A stretch of 64,000 nt of DNA from an uncultured Methanosarcinales archaeon (GCA_964434885.1 CAYSWQ010000003.1:6882-70881); one strand, 5' to 3'; positions 35,098-45,566 are shown, counted from the stretch's first letter. The notes: a model not told the origin generated them from the sequence alone. Numbers and translations: made by a program.

Positions 35098-38000
35098 ATG
35101 AATATAAAAAGAGGGATGTGGTTTATCGTATTAATAGTTCTAGTTATTTTTTTGAGTGGAATTGTTTTTGGAGCTACTTGTAAAACAGGAGAAACAGATT
35201 GTAGTGGAACTTGTGTAGATATCAAAACAAGTTCAAGTAATTGTGGTGCTTGTGGTACTGCTTGTAAAACAGGAGAGTCTTGTTCTAGTGGAAAATGTGT
35301 AACAAGTAGTAGTGGAAATACCTGTGATTCAGATAGTGAATGTGGAAAAGGAAGTAATTGTGTGGCAGGAGTGTGTAAAGCTAAAAGTGCTGGAACTACT
35401 AATTCAGGAAAGTTGCCTGTAAATACAGATCGAACTCAGGTATTGGGAGCAAATGTTGAGGCCCCAGCTGCATTATCTGCGTGTGATTATGAGAATGAAG
35501 GAGATCATTTGGATTGTTTTAGAGACGCATCTCCTGCTGGTTCTTATTTATATGGAGGTAGTGGATATGTTGGGATAGATGATTCTGATAGAGCAGGAAT
35601 TGTATTGAAACCAAAAGGAATTGATGCAGGAGATTGTACATTGGCAAGTGTAATGCTTAATAAAAAACAACCAGGAGCAAAAGGGTGTAAAATTGTAATA
35701 GTTGAAGATGATTCAGCAGAGGTTGTGGATGATGATGATGGGGCAATGGGAGAAGTTAAAAAAGGGTTTGTTTTAAGTTATGATTATGATCGTGTAGTAT
35801 CATCACAAAAAAAATATGATGAATTTATTGAAATATATGGTCAATTTGAATTCACTAGGGTGCTTTGTGATGCTGATGATGCGAGAGATGCTCTTGAAGA
35901 AGCATATTTTCAAACAGAATTTCCATATATTTGTGCGGATGATGTTTATTGGCATAAATGTGAGACCAAAGGAAAGATAACTTGGGCCAATGATTATTTA
36001 TATAATTGTACTGACGACGAAAATCTTAATTTATATTGGGATATTAGAGGTATTGATAAAGATCACGATGGTTATACTGATGATAAAGATTGTGCTGATG
36101 ATCCTCATGGAGAAGGAATGCAATTAGTTGGTTGTCCAACAGATTTAAGTAAAGAAGTATGTGATCCAGTAAAACATTCTCGTTGTGCAATTTGTATTAA
36201 TCCAGGAAGACCAGAAACGTGTGGAGATGGATTAAATAATGATTGTGATTTAGGGAAAAAATCATTAAAACAATTAGATGGTCTTACTAAAGATAATTGT
36301 CATTTAAATAGATATGCTTGTGAAAAGAAACAAGGGATTGATAAAGATGGAATAGAATATGGTCCTACTCACACCAATATTTTTGGAGAAACATTATCTT
36401 GGAAGGAAGTAAAAAATTCTAAAGGGAAAGATGGATATTGTTGTGGTTTTGAAGGGGCCAAAGATTTAGGGAAAATTGCTACTGGAAAAGAAGGTAATTT
36501 TATTTGTTTGAATCGGAACAAACAACTAACTGGAAGTGCCACTGGAAAAATTCCTGGATGGGATACTAAAATTTGTGGAGATACTTGGTGTTGGATTTGG
36601 GCTACTGGTGCTGCTGCTTTTCAAATAACAACAGTTAAAAAACCAGGAGAGCAGCCATATGATATTGTTTCCAATAATAAAGAATGGCATGAATGTAAAG
36701 CCAACTTAAAAGATCAGAAATTACCTTTTACTCTTTCAAAAAGCAAAACATTAGATTATGAGTGGTTAGAAAAAATTACTAATAGATTTAGGTGTTATCA
36801 AGAAGGAAATCATTGGTCTTGGACAGAATGCTATGGGAAAAATGATAAACCCCAAAATAAGAATGCTAAAGGAAGAGTAGCAGGAGATGGTGTTTATTCT
36901 CTTTTTATTGATGTTAAAGGAGAAAAAATAGGTTCAACAATTGAATTAAAATCAAGTGATTATTCTTTATTTTATGGAAAAAATTATGCTTATGATTTTA
37001 GTGGATATGATAATTTGGAATTTATGTTAAGGTTTGTAGATAAAAGTGGAAAACCAGTTGGAAAAGATAAATTAACTTTGCCGGCGAATGTAAGGATGTT
37101 AATTTATGGACCAAAACAAGTAGATGAAAAAGGAAAAACTTCTGATTTATTATATCTAGATCAAAATGTTTTAGGTTATGTAATAAATGGTCCTCATTTT
37201 AGTGATCAAAATTGGATGCATGTAAAAGTTCCAATTCTCAACTTAAAAGGAGTTCAAAGTATTATTTTAAAAAGTGCTCGTGAACAAGACAAGATTGCAG
37301 TAAAAAATGTTTATTTGAGTAAAGGAAATTCTTCTTTAACTCCTTTATGTTCGGGTAAAGATACTAGAGATTATAACTCATGGATAAGTAATATTGATCA
37401 AGCTGATAAAACCAATCCCATTACAGGAGAAGAAATTTGTAAAGATCATTATGGTGCAAATTCTTGGTTAGGTAGTTATGGGAAAAAAGAAGTGGAAACA
37501 ATTACAGCTAGTTGTTGTGGAAATAGTCCAAAAGAATATTATGGAAAAAATTCGAAGAACAATTATGGTTGTTGGAATTCTCAATCAATTAAACCCGGAG
37601 CAACAATAATGAATACTAAATTTACTGTAATTTCTCAAGAAACACAAGTGGAAATGAATTATCCAGAGATTAGTTTTGATTATGTTTTGGAAGTAGAAAA
37701 CCCACTAAGTAACCAAGAAGTGCTTAGTGTATCTACAGAACCAAAAACAGATTGTGATAAAAGTAAAAAAGATAAGATTGCAATTTATAAAGGATATATT
37801 TACAAATGTAGTGGATTACAATGGAAAAGAACAGAAGATAGAATATTGGATTATAATTTACAATCCAAAAAAGTTGATGAAGATATAAAAAAATTAGCTC
37901 AAAAACAAACAAAAACAGATAAAATAAGTATTACTTCTGGACCAATTAAACTTTTGAATTGGAGTGGTGAAATTAAAAATGTGGTTCCTTTTATTAATAT

Positions 38001-40437
38001 TTTAAATCGCTATTGGGACACTCCAAAAAAATTAACTCTTAATTTTACTCATAAAACTACAAACAAAAATGACCAGAAAATGATTAAGTTGAAGATAATA
38101 GATAGTAATTCTTTAACGGAATATGAAGAATCAGTAGATTTATTAAAATTAAAAGGAACAAAAGCAGATTTCTTTTTGATGGCAGAAATAACAGATTATT
38201 ATTCAATTAAAAAGAAAATAGATATTAATAAAACCTCAAAACCAATTACTAAAGAATATACTTGTGATCAAGAAGAATGTCTTTTTCCTTTGCCTGGTTT
38301 TCCCCCTTATACTATAACTAATCCTTACCCAGAATTGTATGAATTATATTTTGTAGATAATACTGGAGAAACATTAGTTACTAAAACCAACAACAAGTTT
38401 ACTAAATCAGGAAATTTGAAAGCTAAAAAAGTTTCACAACAAGTAATTTTTATTAATCAAAAAGATGATTCTTCATTAAATAAAACCCAAGATCAAGGTT
38501 TTTATGGTTGTCAAGCAGCTAAGTTTATTGAAGATGTGGAAGTTGATAAAAAGAAACTCTTAACAAATTTACCTTATTGTTCAGTTAAAGGAAATTATTT
38601 TTGTAGTTTTAGTGTGCCTCATACTAAAAACCAAGAAAAATATAATACAATTAATGCATGGAGTAAAGAAGATTTAACTCAAATTGGTTATTCTCCTTTA
38701 ACTGCGAAAGAAAGTGTACCTACTTATTTTTCATTAATTAAAAATTCAAAAATATCTCCTACTAAAAGAAATTATTCTTCTAGTGTGGTGCCTGGAAAAA
38801 ATTTTGTTTCAAATCCAGAATTTAGTTTTCAAGGTAAAATTTTACCTCATTGGGAAATTTTTAAGAATAATAAATTAGAAACCGATGAAAAACAATATTT
38901 AAAATCAGATAAAGAAACATTACTAATTCCCACTGGAGTAATCTTAAAATCAGAAAAAATTGCAATTCCAAAAAACCAAGATTTATCTTTTTCCCAAAAT
39001 AAAAGTGGAAAAGTAATTATTTCTTTAGTAAATAAAGATGGTAAAATCACCCCAGTTACAAGTAATTTAAAATTCAACACTGGAAAAAATTCTTATTTAT
39101 TTTTAGAATTTACTGGTGAAGTAAATAAACCTTTTTTACAAGTTGTGGATGAATTGGGAAGAGCTGATTATAAATACAATACTAATTACTTAGCTAGAAG
39201 TGGTTCAGCTTGTTGTCCAGATAATTATTGTTGGAATGGGTATGCTTGTATCAAACCAATGGATACTTATAGTTATATGACAGAAAAAATTGGGAAAGGG
39301 AGAGAATATAGGTGTTTACAAGGGGCTTGGAAATATCTTCCTCCTCAATGGGATTGGAATTATAACCAATATGGTTTTTGTAATCAACCAAAACAATGTT
39401 TTGTTTTAAGTAGTTTATCAGGAGGGAATTCAAAATATTTAGCTAATGATTTCTATGAAGGAAAAATTCCTAGTTGTGTTAATAATGAAGAGTATATTTT
39501 TGATAATTATTGTGAGAATGGAAACTGGACTTCAAGAACCAAATATCTTGCAGACACATTAATTAATTTTGCAGAAAGTGATGAATATGTGTTGTATTGT
39601 ACTGATTATAAAGGAACATTAATTGATTATCGGACTTCAGAAAATTATATTGGTGGTTCGGTTTCAGCTAAAATTAACAAGTCTGTTACATTAGGTAGTG
39701 CAATTGAAAATAAAACTGTGGTAGAATCTTCAAAGGCTTGTTTCCCAAAATTGTTAGGTGGGACTGGAGAAAAATTAATTGCTGAAAAAGATAATACATG
39801 CATTAATAATGTTTGTGTCTTACGTTTTAAGGAAGGAGGGAAATTTAAAACTGCTTTTGCTACTTCATTAAATAAAAAATTAAATGATACTAGTTCTTTT
39901 CTAAGAGCAATGAATTTAGATCCAAAGAAAGTTGTTTGTCCAACTGGAAAAGATTTTGTAAAATGTACAAGTAGTTTAACAGGAGATTTGTGGTATAATA
40001 ATCAAACCAATAGTATAATCTATGGGAAAGAAGGAATTAAAGTAAGTGGAACAGTATGGGGTAAAGTTAAGAAATGGTTTAGTTCATTATTTGGTGGACC
40101 AAAAATTACTCAAGAGAAAAAAATGGTACAGAAAGGAACAGTTTTTAGAGAATTATTTTTATTAAATAAAGATAAGAAAAAAATTCGGGCAGTACAAGAA
40201 ATTTTTCCTAAGAAAAAAGCATTAATAGTAGAATATGAAGGATTTAAATCTCCTGTGTGTGATTATCTAAATCACTTAAAAGTTCCTTTAGCGGCCCAAT
40301 CAGAAGTTCTAGAGAGTGCTTCTGGATTACAGAAATTAAATTGTACAACTAACGGAACCATTCAGAAATTTGTGGCAGTAGAAAGTTTAGATTATTGGTG
40401 GCCACAATTGACAGGAATGTTGAGAGTTGGGAAGTAA
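35098..40437 (+). CDS. Giant (1779 aa) secreted Cys-rich protein with MopE-like and TSP3-like metal-binding motifs, no membrane anchor
   Basis: Signal MNIKRGMWFIVLIVLVIFLSGIVFGA. Repeated CxxGxxxC modules (TCKTGETDCSGTCVDIKTSSSNCGACGTACKTGESCSSGKCV). DKDHDGYTDDKDCADD. CGDGLNNDCDLG. No C-terminal TM helix. Confidence 0.6.
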   Translation: MNIKRGMWFIVLIVLVIFLSGIVFGATCKTGETDCSGTCVDIKTSSSNCGACGTACKTGESCSSGKCVTSSSGNTCDSDSECGKGSNCVAGVCKAKSAGTTNSGKLPVNTDRTQVLGANVEAPAALSACDYENEGDHLDCFRDASPAGSYLYGGSGYVGIDDSDRAGIVLKPKGIDAGDCTLASVMLNKKQPGAKGCKIVIVEDDSAEVVDDDDGAMGEVKKGFVLSYDYDRVVSSQKKYDEFIEIYGQFEFTRVLCDADDARDALEEAYFQTEFPYICADDVYWHKCETKGKITWANDYLYNCTDDENLNLYWDIRGIDKDHDGYTDDKDCADDPHGEGMQLVGCPTDLSKEVCDPVKHSRCAICINPGRPETCGDGLNNDCDLGKKSLKQLDGLTKDNCHLNRYACEKKQGIDKDGIEYGPTHTNIFGETLSWKEVKNSKGKDGYCCGFEGAKDLGKIATGKEGNFICLNRNKQLTGSATGKIPGWDTKICGDTWCWIWATGAAAFQITTVKKPGEQPYDIVSNNKEWHECKANLKDQKLPFTLSKSKTLDYEWLEKITNRFRCYQEGNHWSWTECYGKNDKPQNKNAKGRVAGDGVYSLFIDVKGEKIGSTIELKSSDYSLFYGKNYAYDFSGYDNLEFMLRFVDKSGKPVGKDKLTLPANVRMLIYGPKQVDEKGKTSDLLYLDQNVLGYVINGPHFSDQNWMHVKVPILNLKGVQSIILKSAREQDKIAVKNVYLSKGNSSLTPLCSGKDTRDYNSWISNIDQADKTNPITGEEICKDHYGANSWLGSYGKKEVETITASCCGNSPKEYYGKNSKNNYGCWNSQSIKPGATIMNTKFTVISQETQVEMNYPEISFDYVLEVENPLSNQEVLSVSTEPKTDCDKSKKDKIAIYKGYIYKCSGLQWKRTEDRILDYNLQSKKVDEDIKKLAQKQTKTDKISITSGPIKLLNWSGEIKNVVPFINILNRYWDTPKKLTLNFTHKTTNKNDQKMIKLKIIDSNSLTEYEESVDLLKLKGTKADFFLMAEITDYYSIKKKIDINKTSKPITKEYTCDQEECLFPLPGFPPYTITNPYPELYELYFVDNTGETLVTKTNNKFTKSGNLKAKKVSQQVIFINQKDDSSLNKTQDQGFYGCQAAKFIEDVEVDKKKLLTNLPYCSVKGNYFCSFSVPHTKNQEKYNTINAWSKEDLTQIGYSPLTAKESVPTYFSLIKNSKISPTKRNYSSSVVPGKNFVSNPEFSFQGKILPHWEIFKNNKLETDEKQYLKSDKETLLIPTGVILKSEKIAIPKNQDLSFSQNKSGKVIISLVNKDGKITPVTSNLKFNTGKNSYLFLEFTGEVNKPFLQVVDELGRADYKYNTNYLARSGSACCPDNYCWNGYACIKPMDTYSYMTEKIGKGREYRCLQGAWKYLPPQWDWNYNQYGFCNQPKQCFVLSSLSGGNSKYLANDFYEGKIPSCVNNEEYIFDNYCENGNWTSRTKYLADTLINFAESDEYVLYCTDYKGTLIDYRTSENYIGGSVSAKINKSVTLGSAIENKTVVESSKACFPKLLGGTGEKLIAEKDNTCINNVCVLRFKEGGKFKTAFATSLNKKLNDTSSFLRAMNLDPKKVVCPTGKDFVKCTSSLTGDLWYNNQTNSIIYGKEGIKVSGTVWGKVKKWFSSLFGGPKITQEKKMVQKGTVFRELFLLNKDKKKIRAVQEIFPKKKALIVEYEGFKSPVCDYLNHLKVPLAAQSEVLESASGLQKLNCTTNGTIQKFVAVESLDYWWPQLTGMLRVGK

Positions 40438-40500
40438 TTGTTTATTATTATTCTTAAAAATAGTAAAACATATAAAAAAGAGAATAAAATTAAGAATAAA

Positions 40501-41136
40501 ATGACAAAAACTATTCTTTTTGATTTTTGGGGAACACTGGTAGAACAAGGAGTTTGGAGTCCGGTAAAACAAGTAAGAAATGTTTTAGGTATAGGGATGC
40601 CTTTTGCAGAATATATTACTAGAATGGAAACTGCTTTTATGACTCAATCTTTTCCTAGTTTAAAAGAAGGGTTTGAAAATGTATTTTTTGAATTTGGTCT
40701 TTCTCCTCAAGAAGAAAAAATTGAAAATTTAATTGGAATGTGGAATAAATCTTGGATGTTAGCTGAACCATATCCAGAAACGAAAGAAGTGTTAAAAAAA
40801 TTAAGAGAAAATCATAAATTAATTTTGGTTTGTAATGCAGATAATTTTTCAGTAAATCAAGTTTTAGATAAATTTGGTTTAAGAGAACTTTTTGATAATA
40901 TTTTTTTCTCTTATGAGCTTGGTTTGATAAAAACAAACAAACTCTTTTTTCAGACTATTCTTAAACAGCTTAATCTTACTCCAGAAGAATGTATTTTGGT
41001 AGGAGATAGTATTCAAAGTGATATTATTCCTGGTCGTCGCGCTGATTTAGAAGTAGTTTTGGTTGATAGAAAAAATCATCGAGATTTCCATCCTAAAATT
41101 AAAAGTTTGGAAGACTTGGAAAAAATAATTTCTTAA
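40501..41136 (+). CDS. HAD-superfamily hydrolase
   Basis: Motif I LFDFWGTLV. Motif IV VGDSIQSDI. ORF opens at 40438 but the likely start is MTKTILFDF at 40501. Confidence 0.55.
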   Translation: MTKTILFDFWGTLVEQGVWSPVKQVRNVLGIGMPFAEYITRMETAFMTQSFPSLKEGFENVFFEFGLSPQEEKIENLIGMWNKSWMLAEPYPETKEVLKKLRENHKLILVCNADNFSVNQVLDKFGLRELFDNIFFSYELGLIKTNKLFFQTILKQLNLTPEECILVGDSIQSDIIPGRRADLEVVLVDRKNHRDFHPKIKSLEDLEKIIS

Positions 41137-41143
41137 TTGAAAG

Positions 41144-41225
41144 AGTGGCTTTGCACTTTAAACTTTCTTGATGGAAAGTAATAAAGTGGCTTTGCACTTT
41201 AAACTTTCTTGATGGAAAGTAATAA
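41144..41225. repeat. Perfect 41-bp tandem duplication (2 copies), each unit carrying TTTAAA plus the inverted repeat ACTTTC-ttgatg-GAAAGT
   Basis: agtggctttgcactttaaactttcttgatggaaagtaataa appears twice back-to-back, immediately upstream of rnz. Confidence 0.8.
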
Positions 41226-41253
41226 AAAGTAATTATCTTTTCTAATATTTATA

Positions 41254-42147
41254 ATGGAAATTACTATTTTGGGTACTGCTTGTATGCAACCTACAAAAGA
41301 TAGAAACCACGTAGGCATTTTACTTAGTTATGGGAAGGAAAAAATATTATTTGATTGTGGAGAAAATATTCAAAGACAATTAAGAATTGCTGGTTTAAAG
41401 CCTGCCAAAATAACCAAACTCTTTATTTCTCATTGGCATGGAGATCATGTTTTGGGAGTTCCTGGTTTAATGAGTAGCATGGGTGCAGATAATGCTGCAG
41501 GAAAACTACTCATTTATGGTCCTAAAGGAACTAAAAAAAGAATTGAATATCTAAGAAAAGCATTTGAAAGCAAACATATGGTGGATTATGAAGTTCATGA
41601 AATTGTACCTGTTGGTAAAAAAGTTAAAAAAATTGAATTTGATAATTATTTCTTTGAAGTTCGTAATTTAGAACATGGTGTTGGTTGTTTAGGATATAGA
41701 ATGGTTGAAAAAGATAAATTAAAAATTAAACCTAAATTTGTTAAAAAAATTCCAGGTATTTTGTTGGGAAACTTACAAAAAGGAAAAAATATTGAATTTG
41801 AAGGAAAGAAAATCAAATCTCCTGAAGCAACTTATTTGGTTCCTGGTAAAAAGATAGTTATTTTAATGGATACTCGGCCATGTACTACTTTTGTTAAATT
41901 AGCCCAAGAAGCTGATTTATTAATTACAGAAGCGACTTATTTAGATGAACATAAAGATAAAGCAGAAGAATATTTACATTTAACTGCAAAAGAAGCAGGT
42001 ATGTTGGCAAACCAAGCCAATGTTAAGAAATTAATATTATTACACTTTAGTTCTCGGTATAAAGATATTTCTTTGATTAGAGAAGAAGCAAAAGAAGTTT
42101 TTGAAGATGTTGTTTGTGCTGAAGATTTTATGAAATTTAAAATATGA
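41254..42147 (+). CDS. rnz: Ribonuclease Z (tRNA 3'-processing endonuclease, metallo-beta-lactamase fold)
   Basis: HxHxDH motif SHWHGDHVLGVPGL. 297 aa. Confidence 0.8.
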   Translation: MEITILGTACMQPTKDRNHVGILLSYGKEKILFDCGENIQRQLRIAGLKPAKITKLFISHWHGDHVLGVPGLMSSMGADNAAGKLLIYGPKGTKKRIEYLRKAFESKHMVDYEVHEIVPVGKKVKKIEFDNYFFEVRNLEHGVGCLGYRMVEKDKLKIKPKFVKKIPGILLGNLQKGKNIEFEGKKIKSPEATYLVPGKKIVILMDTRPCTTFVKLAQEADLLITEATYLDEHKDKAEEYLHLTAKEAGMLANQANVKKLILLHFSSRYKDISLIREEAKEVFEDVVCAEDFMKFKI

Positions 42148-42539
42148 ATACTAAAGCCAAAGGAACAAAAGGAGAAAGAGATTTGATTAAATTATTCAAT
42201 GAAGCTGGATGGAGTGCAATTAGAAGTGCTGGTTCTGGTTCTCAAAGTTATCCTTCTCCTGATTTATTAGTAGGAAATGCTGTTCGTAGATTAGCAATTG
42301 AATGTAAAGTAACTAAAAATAAGAAAAAATATTTTTATTCTTCAGAAATTGAACAATTAAAAGAATTTTCCCAGAATTTTGGAGCAGAAAGTTGGATAGG
42401 AGTTAAATTTCCCCAAGAAAAGTGGTATTTTTTGATTTTAGAAGATTTAGAATGTACTGGTACTTGTTTAGCTATTTCTTTAGAACAAGCAAAATTAAAA
42501 GGTTTATTGATAGAAGAATTAATTAATAAAGATATTTAA
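42144..42539 (+). CDS. hjc: Holliday junction resolvase Hjc
   Basis: KGTKGERDLIKLFNEAGWSAIRSAGSGS...DLLVGNAVRRLAIECKVTK matches the archaeal Hjc catalytic core (E..D..E-x-K). ATGA overlap with rnz. Confidence 0.8.
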   Translation: MNTKAKGTKGERDLIKLFNEAGWSAIRSAGSGSQSYPSPDLLVGNAVRRLAIECKVTKNKKKYFYSSEIEQLKEFSQNFGAESWIGVKFPQEKWYFLILEDLECTGTCLAISLEQAKLKGLLIEELINKDI

Positions 42540-42618
42540 GCCTATAAAAAGAAAGATTTAAAATATAAAAGAAACGAAAGATTTAAAAGTGTTACTTACC
42601 AATGATTCTTATTTATAA

Positions 42619-43266
42619 ATGAAATTAACTCAAAATAAAATTGATGAAATTGTTTTAGAAATTATTGGAGATGAAGGTCTACGTTTAGTGAAAGCACTAA
42701 AAGGAAAAGAAAATATCTCTGAATTCACTTTAGCTACTAAACTAAGAAGAGATATTAAATTAGTTAGACACATGTTATATAAATTACATAATTTTAATTT
42801 GGTTAGTTCTACTAGAAAAAAAGATAAACAAAAAGGATGGTATGTTTATTATTGGACAATCATCCCAGAAAATATTAAATTTTTATATTTAAAGAAAAGA
42901 AGTAAATTATTAGAAAAGTTAAAAATTAAATTAAAAAAAGAAGAAACAGATCATTTTTTTACTTGTAATAAAAAATGTGTCCGTTTAGATTTTGATCAAT
43001 CTTTAGATTTTGAGTTTCATTGTCCAGAATGTGGAGAATTAGTTTCTCAAGATAAGAATACTACAAGAATTAATCAATTAATGAAAAAAATTGAAAAATT
43101 AGAAAAAGAATTAGAAGAAGAAAAGAAAAATAAAATAATTCAACTTAAAAAAGAAGCAAAAAAAAGAGAACTTGAAAAGAAAAAAGAGGTTGTAAAGAAA
43201 ATAACAGTTAAAAAAAAAGTTATTAAAAAAACCAGTAAATCAAAAACAAAAGTTAAAAAGAAATAA
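42619..43266 (+). CDS. tfe: Transcription factor E (TFE/TFIIE-alpha homolog): winged helix + zinc ribbon + Lys/Glu-rich tail
   Basis: N-terminal wH LRLVKALKGKENISEFTLATKLRRDIKLVRHMLYKLHNFNLV. Zinc ribbon CNKKC...CPECGELV. Confidence 0.6.
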   Translation: MKLTQNKIDEIVLEIIGDEGLRLVKALKGKENISEFTLATKLRRDIKLVRHMLYKLHNFNLVSSTRKKDKQKGWYVYYWTIIPENIKFLYLKKRSKLLEKLKIKLKKEETDHFFTCNKKCVRLDFDQSLDFEFHCPECGELVSQDKNTTRINQLMKKIEKLEKELEEEKKNKIIQLKKEAKKRELEKKKEVVKKITVKKKVIKKTSKSKTKVKKK

Positions 43267-43268
43267 AA

Positions 43269-43466
43269 TTATTTTCTTTTACGTTTTTTAACTGCTTTTT
43301 GAATTTTCATTTCTTCTTTTAAAATTCTTCCAGTTAATCTTTGAATATTGGATTCCATTCCAGCTACTCTTCTTTCTAAAATTAATAATACTCTTAAAGA
43401 ATAAACTATTGCTGCTAATGTACCAATAATAACTGCTAAAATAAAATTTTCCATCTGTAATACCAT
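43269..43466 (-). CDS. Small single-TM protein with basic tail
   Basis: ILAVIIGTLAAIVYSLRVLLIL TM, then KAVKKRKRK. Confidence 0.25.
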   Translation of the reverse strand: MVLQMENFILAVIIGTLAAIVYSLRVLLILERRVAGMESNIQRLTGRILKEEMKIQKAVKKRKRK

Positions 43467-43564
43467 TTTGATTCACCTCTTTTTGAATATCTTAATTAAA
43501 TTTTAAAAATATATAAATCTATCGTTAAGTTGAGAATAAAAAAGTTTGTTATGTTGGATATGAG

Positions 43565-43590
43565 ACCCCTTGATTTCCTATGGAGAAGGT
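43565..43590 (+). promoter_or_regulatory. ORB-like origin recognition box 1 (gaCCCcTTgATTTCCTATGGagaagg)
   Basis: Core TTCCTATGGA resembles the mini-ORB TTCCAGTGGAAA. G/C-rich in an AT-rich context. Confidence 0.5.
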
Positions 43591-43807
43591 GTTTTGATTT
43601 TGTTGTAGGTTTTGTTTTTGAATTAAATTAAGAAAGATTATTTTTTGAAATATAATAAATTAATTTTTAATTTAATAAATAAATATAAAATTGAAAAGGA
43701 TATTATATTTTGATGAACCAATAAAATTAAATTTTTTATTAAAAATAATTAATGATTTTATTTGATTTATTTTTCTTCATTTTTTTATTTTAATATAATA
43801 TAATATG

Positions 43808-43847
<40 letters not shown>

Positions 43848-44171
43848 TAGAAAATAAATAATAAATAAAATTGATTTTTGATTATATTAATTTATTTTAT
43901 ATTAAAGAAAGAAGAGAAAGAAAAGTAGTTTATTTAATTTTGAAAAGAATTTTTTTAATGAAAAAGATTAAATATTATTATTTGAAATTATTTTTCTTTT
44001 ATTATTTTTAATATGATTATATTTATTTTAATTTGTTTTTATATTATTAAAAAGAATATTATTTATTTTTGTTAATATTTTAATGTTGTTTTAGATTAAA
44101 TTTTGTTTTAGTTTATCTTAATTATTATTTTGTTTTTTATCTTTTTTTAGATAACCAATTAAATTTTAATG

Positions 44172-44189
44172 TTCCATAGGAAATAAAGG
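44172..44189 (-). promoter_or_regulatory. ORB-like box 2, inverted orientation (reverse complement CCTTTATTTCCTATGGAA)
   Basis: Forms an inverted pair with box 3, about 63 bp apart. Confidence 0.5.
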
Positions 44190-44252
44190 TGAGTCTGTAG
44201 GAGAAGAACAAAAATGTGTTTTTTGATATCTATTTTAGATAATTCTTATTTA

Positions 44253-44274
44253 GACCCTTATTTCCTATAGAAAA
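44253..44274 (+). promoter_or_regulatory. ORB-like box 3 (gaCCCTTATTTCCTATAGaaaa)
   Basis: Same orientation and near-identical sequence to box 1. About 90 bp upstream of the cdc6 ATG. Confidence 0.5.
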
Positions 44275-44362
44275 TATTATTTTACTTACTAAAGTAACAC
44301 CAAAAAGATTAAATAGTAGTTCCACAAGAAATGAAGGTGTATCTGTAATAAGATGAAGGTGA

Positions 44363-45565
44363 ATGATGAAAATAGGTAATTTTTTTGATAATTTTTTGAA
44401 AAAAGATTCAATTTTTTTAGATAAAACTATTTTACAATCTTCTTATTTACCAAATAATGTTTTGTATAGAGAAGAACAAATTATGGAAATTGCAAATGTT
44501 TTAGCTCCTGCTTTGAGATTAGAGAAACCTTCTAATTTATTTTTATTTGGAAAAACAGGAACTGGAAAAACATTAACAACAAAACATTTGTTGAATTCCA
44601 TGAAAGAAACTGCTAGAGCTAATAATATTCCTTTGAAAACCGTTTTCATAAATTGTAAGTTAAAAAGAGTAGCAGATACAGAATATAGATTGATTGCACA
44701 ATTAATTAGAGAATTTAAACAACAGGTTCCTCCAACAGGTTTACCCACAGATGAAGTATATAATATATTTTATGGATTATTAGATAGACAAAAACAAGTA
44801 GTAATTTTAGTTTTAGATGAAATAGATCAATTAACTAATAAAATAGGAGATGAAGTATTATATAATTTAACTCGGATTAATTCTGAATTAAAAAATGCAC
44901 AATTATGTTTAATTGGAATTTCAAATCGTTTAATTTTTTCTGACAATTTAGATCCTCGGATAAAAAGTTCATTAAGTCAGGAAGAAATAATTTTTCCTCC
45001 TTATAATGCTTTACAAATTCAAACAATTTTGAATGAGAGAGCAGTTAAAGCATTTAAAGAAGATATTATTGAAGCAGGAGTGGTTGAAAAATGTGCTGCA
45101 TATGCAGCTAGAGATCATGGTGATGCAAGAAGAGCAATTGATTTGTTAAGAATTGCAGGAGAATTAGCAGATAGGTCAGGTTCAGAAATAATTAAAATAA
45201 ATCATTTAGATGAAGCAGAGAAGAAAATTGAAAGAGATAGAATTATTAATTCAGTAGTTGGTCAACCAAAACAATTTCAAGGAGTTTTATACTCTGTTAT
45301 TTTAATTGCACAACAAAAGAATATTTTTTTTACAGGAGAAATTTATGATATTTACAAAAAAATATGTCAACAAGTTAGATTTAGTGTATTAACACAAAGA
45401 AGAGTAAGTGATATTGTGGCAGAATTAGATATGTTGGGATTAATTAATGCAAAAATTATTTCTAAAGGAAGATATGGAAGAACAAGAGAAATTTCTTTAG
45501 CAATTAGTGAAGATATTTTGATAAAATTAAGAGAATTGCTAGAAAAATCATTAGGTATTTCTTAA
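44363..45565 (+). CDS. cdc6: Cdc6/Orc1 origin recognition / replication initiator protein
   Basis: AAA+ Walker A LFGKTGTGKT. Walker B VLDEIDQL. C-terminal winged helix. 400 aa. Confidence 0.9.
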   Translation: MMKIGNFFDNFLKKDSIFLDKTILQSSYLPNNVLYREEQIMEIANVLAPALRLEKPSNLFLFGKTGTGKTLTTKHLLNSMKETARANNIPLKTVFINCKLKRVADTEYRLIAQLIREFKQQVPPTGLPTDEVYNIFYGLLDRQKQVVILVLDEIDQLTNKIGDEVLYNLTRINSELKNAQLCLIGISNRLIFSDNLDPRIKSSLSQEEIIFPPYNALQIQTILNERAVKAFKEDIIEAGVVEKCAAYAARDHGDARRAIDLLRIAGELADRSGSEIIKINHLDEAEKKIERDRIINSVVGQPKQFQGVLYSVILIAQQKNIFFTGEIYDIYKKICQQVRFSVLTQRRVSDIVAELDMLGLINAKIISKGRYGRTREISLAISEDILIKLRELLEKSLGIS

Positions 45566-45566
45566 G

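Noticed and set aside
41144-41225. Possible CRISPR array (direct repeats)
   Set aside because: Only two copies, no spacers (copies are contiguous), and no cas genes in the window. Better described as a simple tandem duplication.
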